Source: Macrostomum lignano (Eukaryota). Taken from it: 64,000 nt of DNA. A program made the position numbers and the translations under genes. Positions 62,175-64,000 of this stretch are shown here, piece by piece. Location of the stretch: the NCBI GenBank assembly GCA_002269645.1, contig NIVC01000832.1, positions 1 through 64,000 on the forward strand, given 5' to 3'. Under the pieces are notes generated by a model. It did no database searches. It had not been told where the DNA came from and worked only from the letters and a program-made list of their open reading frames with translations. Numbering within the stretch: the first letter of the stretch is position 1; every line of letters begins with the position of its first letter.

Positions 62175-62462
62175 AGTAGTATATAAAAAGTACGCTTCTA
62201 GACCCAGAGGCACCTATCAAACAGGTGATTTGAGGGGGTAGAGGGGGGGCACGAGGGGGAAACCAAAAAACACATTTCAACACTAAACAGCACAATTAAA
62301 CACAATTAAACACCCCCAACACCCCCAACACAACCAACACTCTCTAATACTACTAACACTTCCAACACTTCCAATAATTTTCCTCGTGTCGCCCCTTTTA
62401 TTACCCCCTCAAATCATCTGTTTGATAGGTACCGGATCTATAAGCGTACTTTATATACTACT
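62175..62462. other. 288-bp fold-back with AGTAGT...ACTACT ends (probable terminus of a Maverick-like element)
   Basis: Arms ~62175-62240 and 62402-62462 are inverted copies (~85%); CA-rich loop; starts exactly where Gypsy-2 RT stops. Confidence 0.85.
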
Positions 62463-62518
62463 ACACTGTAACCCCAGGCCGCGCTGCAGGCGCGAAGGGT
62501 CTTTTTCTGTTACTAAAA

Positions 62519-62818
62519 ATGAACCGAGTTTACACCTTTTCTGTTAGTAATACTTTTGAGACTGTTGCTAAAAATTCAGAGATAATAAAACAGCATATTT
62601 TGAATGGAATAATTGATGAAGTTTATTTAAAAGATAACGATGGAACTGACCTAAAACTTTATCCCCTAGAGTTGGATGGTTTGTATGATTTAGAACAAGA
62701 GGGTGAGTTAATATTTCGACTTGGAGATTATTTAAATTCAGACGATTGGGAAGTTCGTTCAACGGATTCCGAATCAACAAATAGTTCTTATGAAACTAGT
62801 GATTCAGATAATCTGTGA
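62519..62818 (+). CDS. Unknown acidic 99-aa protein, virus-like
   Basis: AAAAATG start, AT-rich codons, first ORF after the terminal hairpin. Confidence 0.6.
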   Translation: MNRVYTFSVSNTFETVAKNSEIIKQHILNGIIDEVYLKDNDGTDLKLYPLELDGLYDLEQEGELIFRLGDYLNSDDWEVRSTDSESTNSSYETSDSDNL

Positions 62819-63032
62819 AAAATATAACTAAAAAATGAACATAAATCGTATCAATGATACGCATGCTTTGCATGATTATTCCTACATTGGCAATTAATCA
62901 TGAAAATTTAAGTCTTGTTACAGTTGAACAATTGTCAATAATGATATTAGTAACTATAATGGTAATAATATTGGTTTTGTTAGTTATAAAAAATCGCCCC
63001 GAAGGGTCGCGGACTTCGTCCGATTTATTACC

Positions 63033-63657
63033 ATGCTGCCTAAATTATTCGGTTATATAAATTTTATTCGAAAAAATAGATCAAGAAATTGAAAAAAGTC
63101 TAAAAGATCTAAAACAGAAGATAATCGATGGTTTAATAAAAAAAGTAATATATAAAGGAATAAAAATATATCCATTAATACCATCTGAAATTGAAGTATT
63201 AGACATTGAAAGAATAAAAAAGAGAGATTCAATCAAGCATATGAGATATTATTTTTCCAACCAAGAAGAATCTGATATAGTTAAATTGAGTATATATTTG
63301 AATAGTTATGGAGTTTTTGCACATTCCTCACCAAAGGGTTTTATAAGTAATCGCGATATTATATATAAAGAATATTCTACACCAATAAAAAATATCATCA
63401 CATATAATTTACCACAACACGATCAAAAAGAACTTAGCAATTATATTTTTGATAAGGTTGTAGAAATCAAAAAGATGATAATAAAGAGCTTAATAAAACA
63501 TGTAGAAATTCGAGGAGTAAAAATATATCCAATAACCCCAATTGAAATTAAAGGGCTTGTAAGTGAATTCCAAAAAACGGAATATAGAGAAGCCATAGAA
63601 GATTATATTACCAAATATTTGAATAATAATGAGTTAATGAATAACAGACTTTTATAG
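63033..63657 (+). pseudogene. Unknown ~208-aa protein with an internally duplicated motif; one frameshift
   Basis: The reading frame is open from 63061 to 63657; deleting one T in the run near 63062 links it to the ATG at 63033. Confidence 0.55.
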
Positions 63658-64000
63658 ATTTTTTAAATCCACAACACATTATCAGTATCATTATGAATTT
63701 CAACAAATAATTGAAACTTTTAAATATTCAGATTCTACACTATTAAAAAATATTTTAACAGACAAAGAATTAAAACATGAACTTGAAAAAAATGACATTG
63801 ATATGTTAAAAAAATAGCTAGCCTTAAGTAACTGTTCGAACTTAGTTCGCAGATATTATCTGATTCTCATAAAACGATCCCAATATTTCTTCACCATCTT
63901 TATCAGCAATGATATAGGTTGTAGGATTTGTATTTAAACTTTTACTGATCGTAAATTTCTCACTTATTTTCCAATATCCTTTTCTTCCTTTTTCAAACTT

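Overview
Repeat-saturated eukaryotic (probably invertebrate animal) DNA. I recognise no host gene, rRNA/tRNA gene or CRISPR array; the window is a nested stack of mobile and virus-like elements. Left part: tandem repeats, a truncated Merlin transposase, a solo LTR with a 4-bp TSD, Helitron Rep and PIF1 fragments, an intron-containing Crypton tyrosine recombinase pseudogene, an orphan 5' LTR with a tRNA-Leu PBS, and an unexplained island of small ORFs including an 80-aa FAST-like membrane protein. Centre: a decayed D5-type primase-helicase (virus-like), then Ty3/Gypsy copy 1 (27067-41914, minus) whose 5' LTR carries a complete 5.1-kb hAT element. Next is a decayed Maverick/Polinton (pPolB, PLA2, integrase) carrying a solo LTR, a restriction-endonuclease-like cassette and AGTAGT...ACTACT fold-back ends. 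Right part: Gypsy copy 2 (50566-62174, minus), with an apparently intact MULE inserted in its extra ORF and truncated by a second AGTAGT hairpin-ended, AT-rich virus-like element that runs off the window. Best novelty candidates: (1) a Gypsy accessory ORF3 with its own conserved internal promoter, co-diverging with U3; (2) hairpin-ended Maverick-type termini; (3) the FAST-like protein; (4) the REase-like cassette and double-hairpin motifs. All calls are by-eye motif recognition and alignment; no database searches were run.
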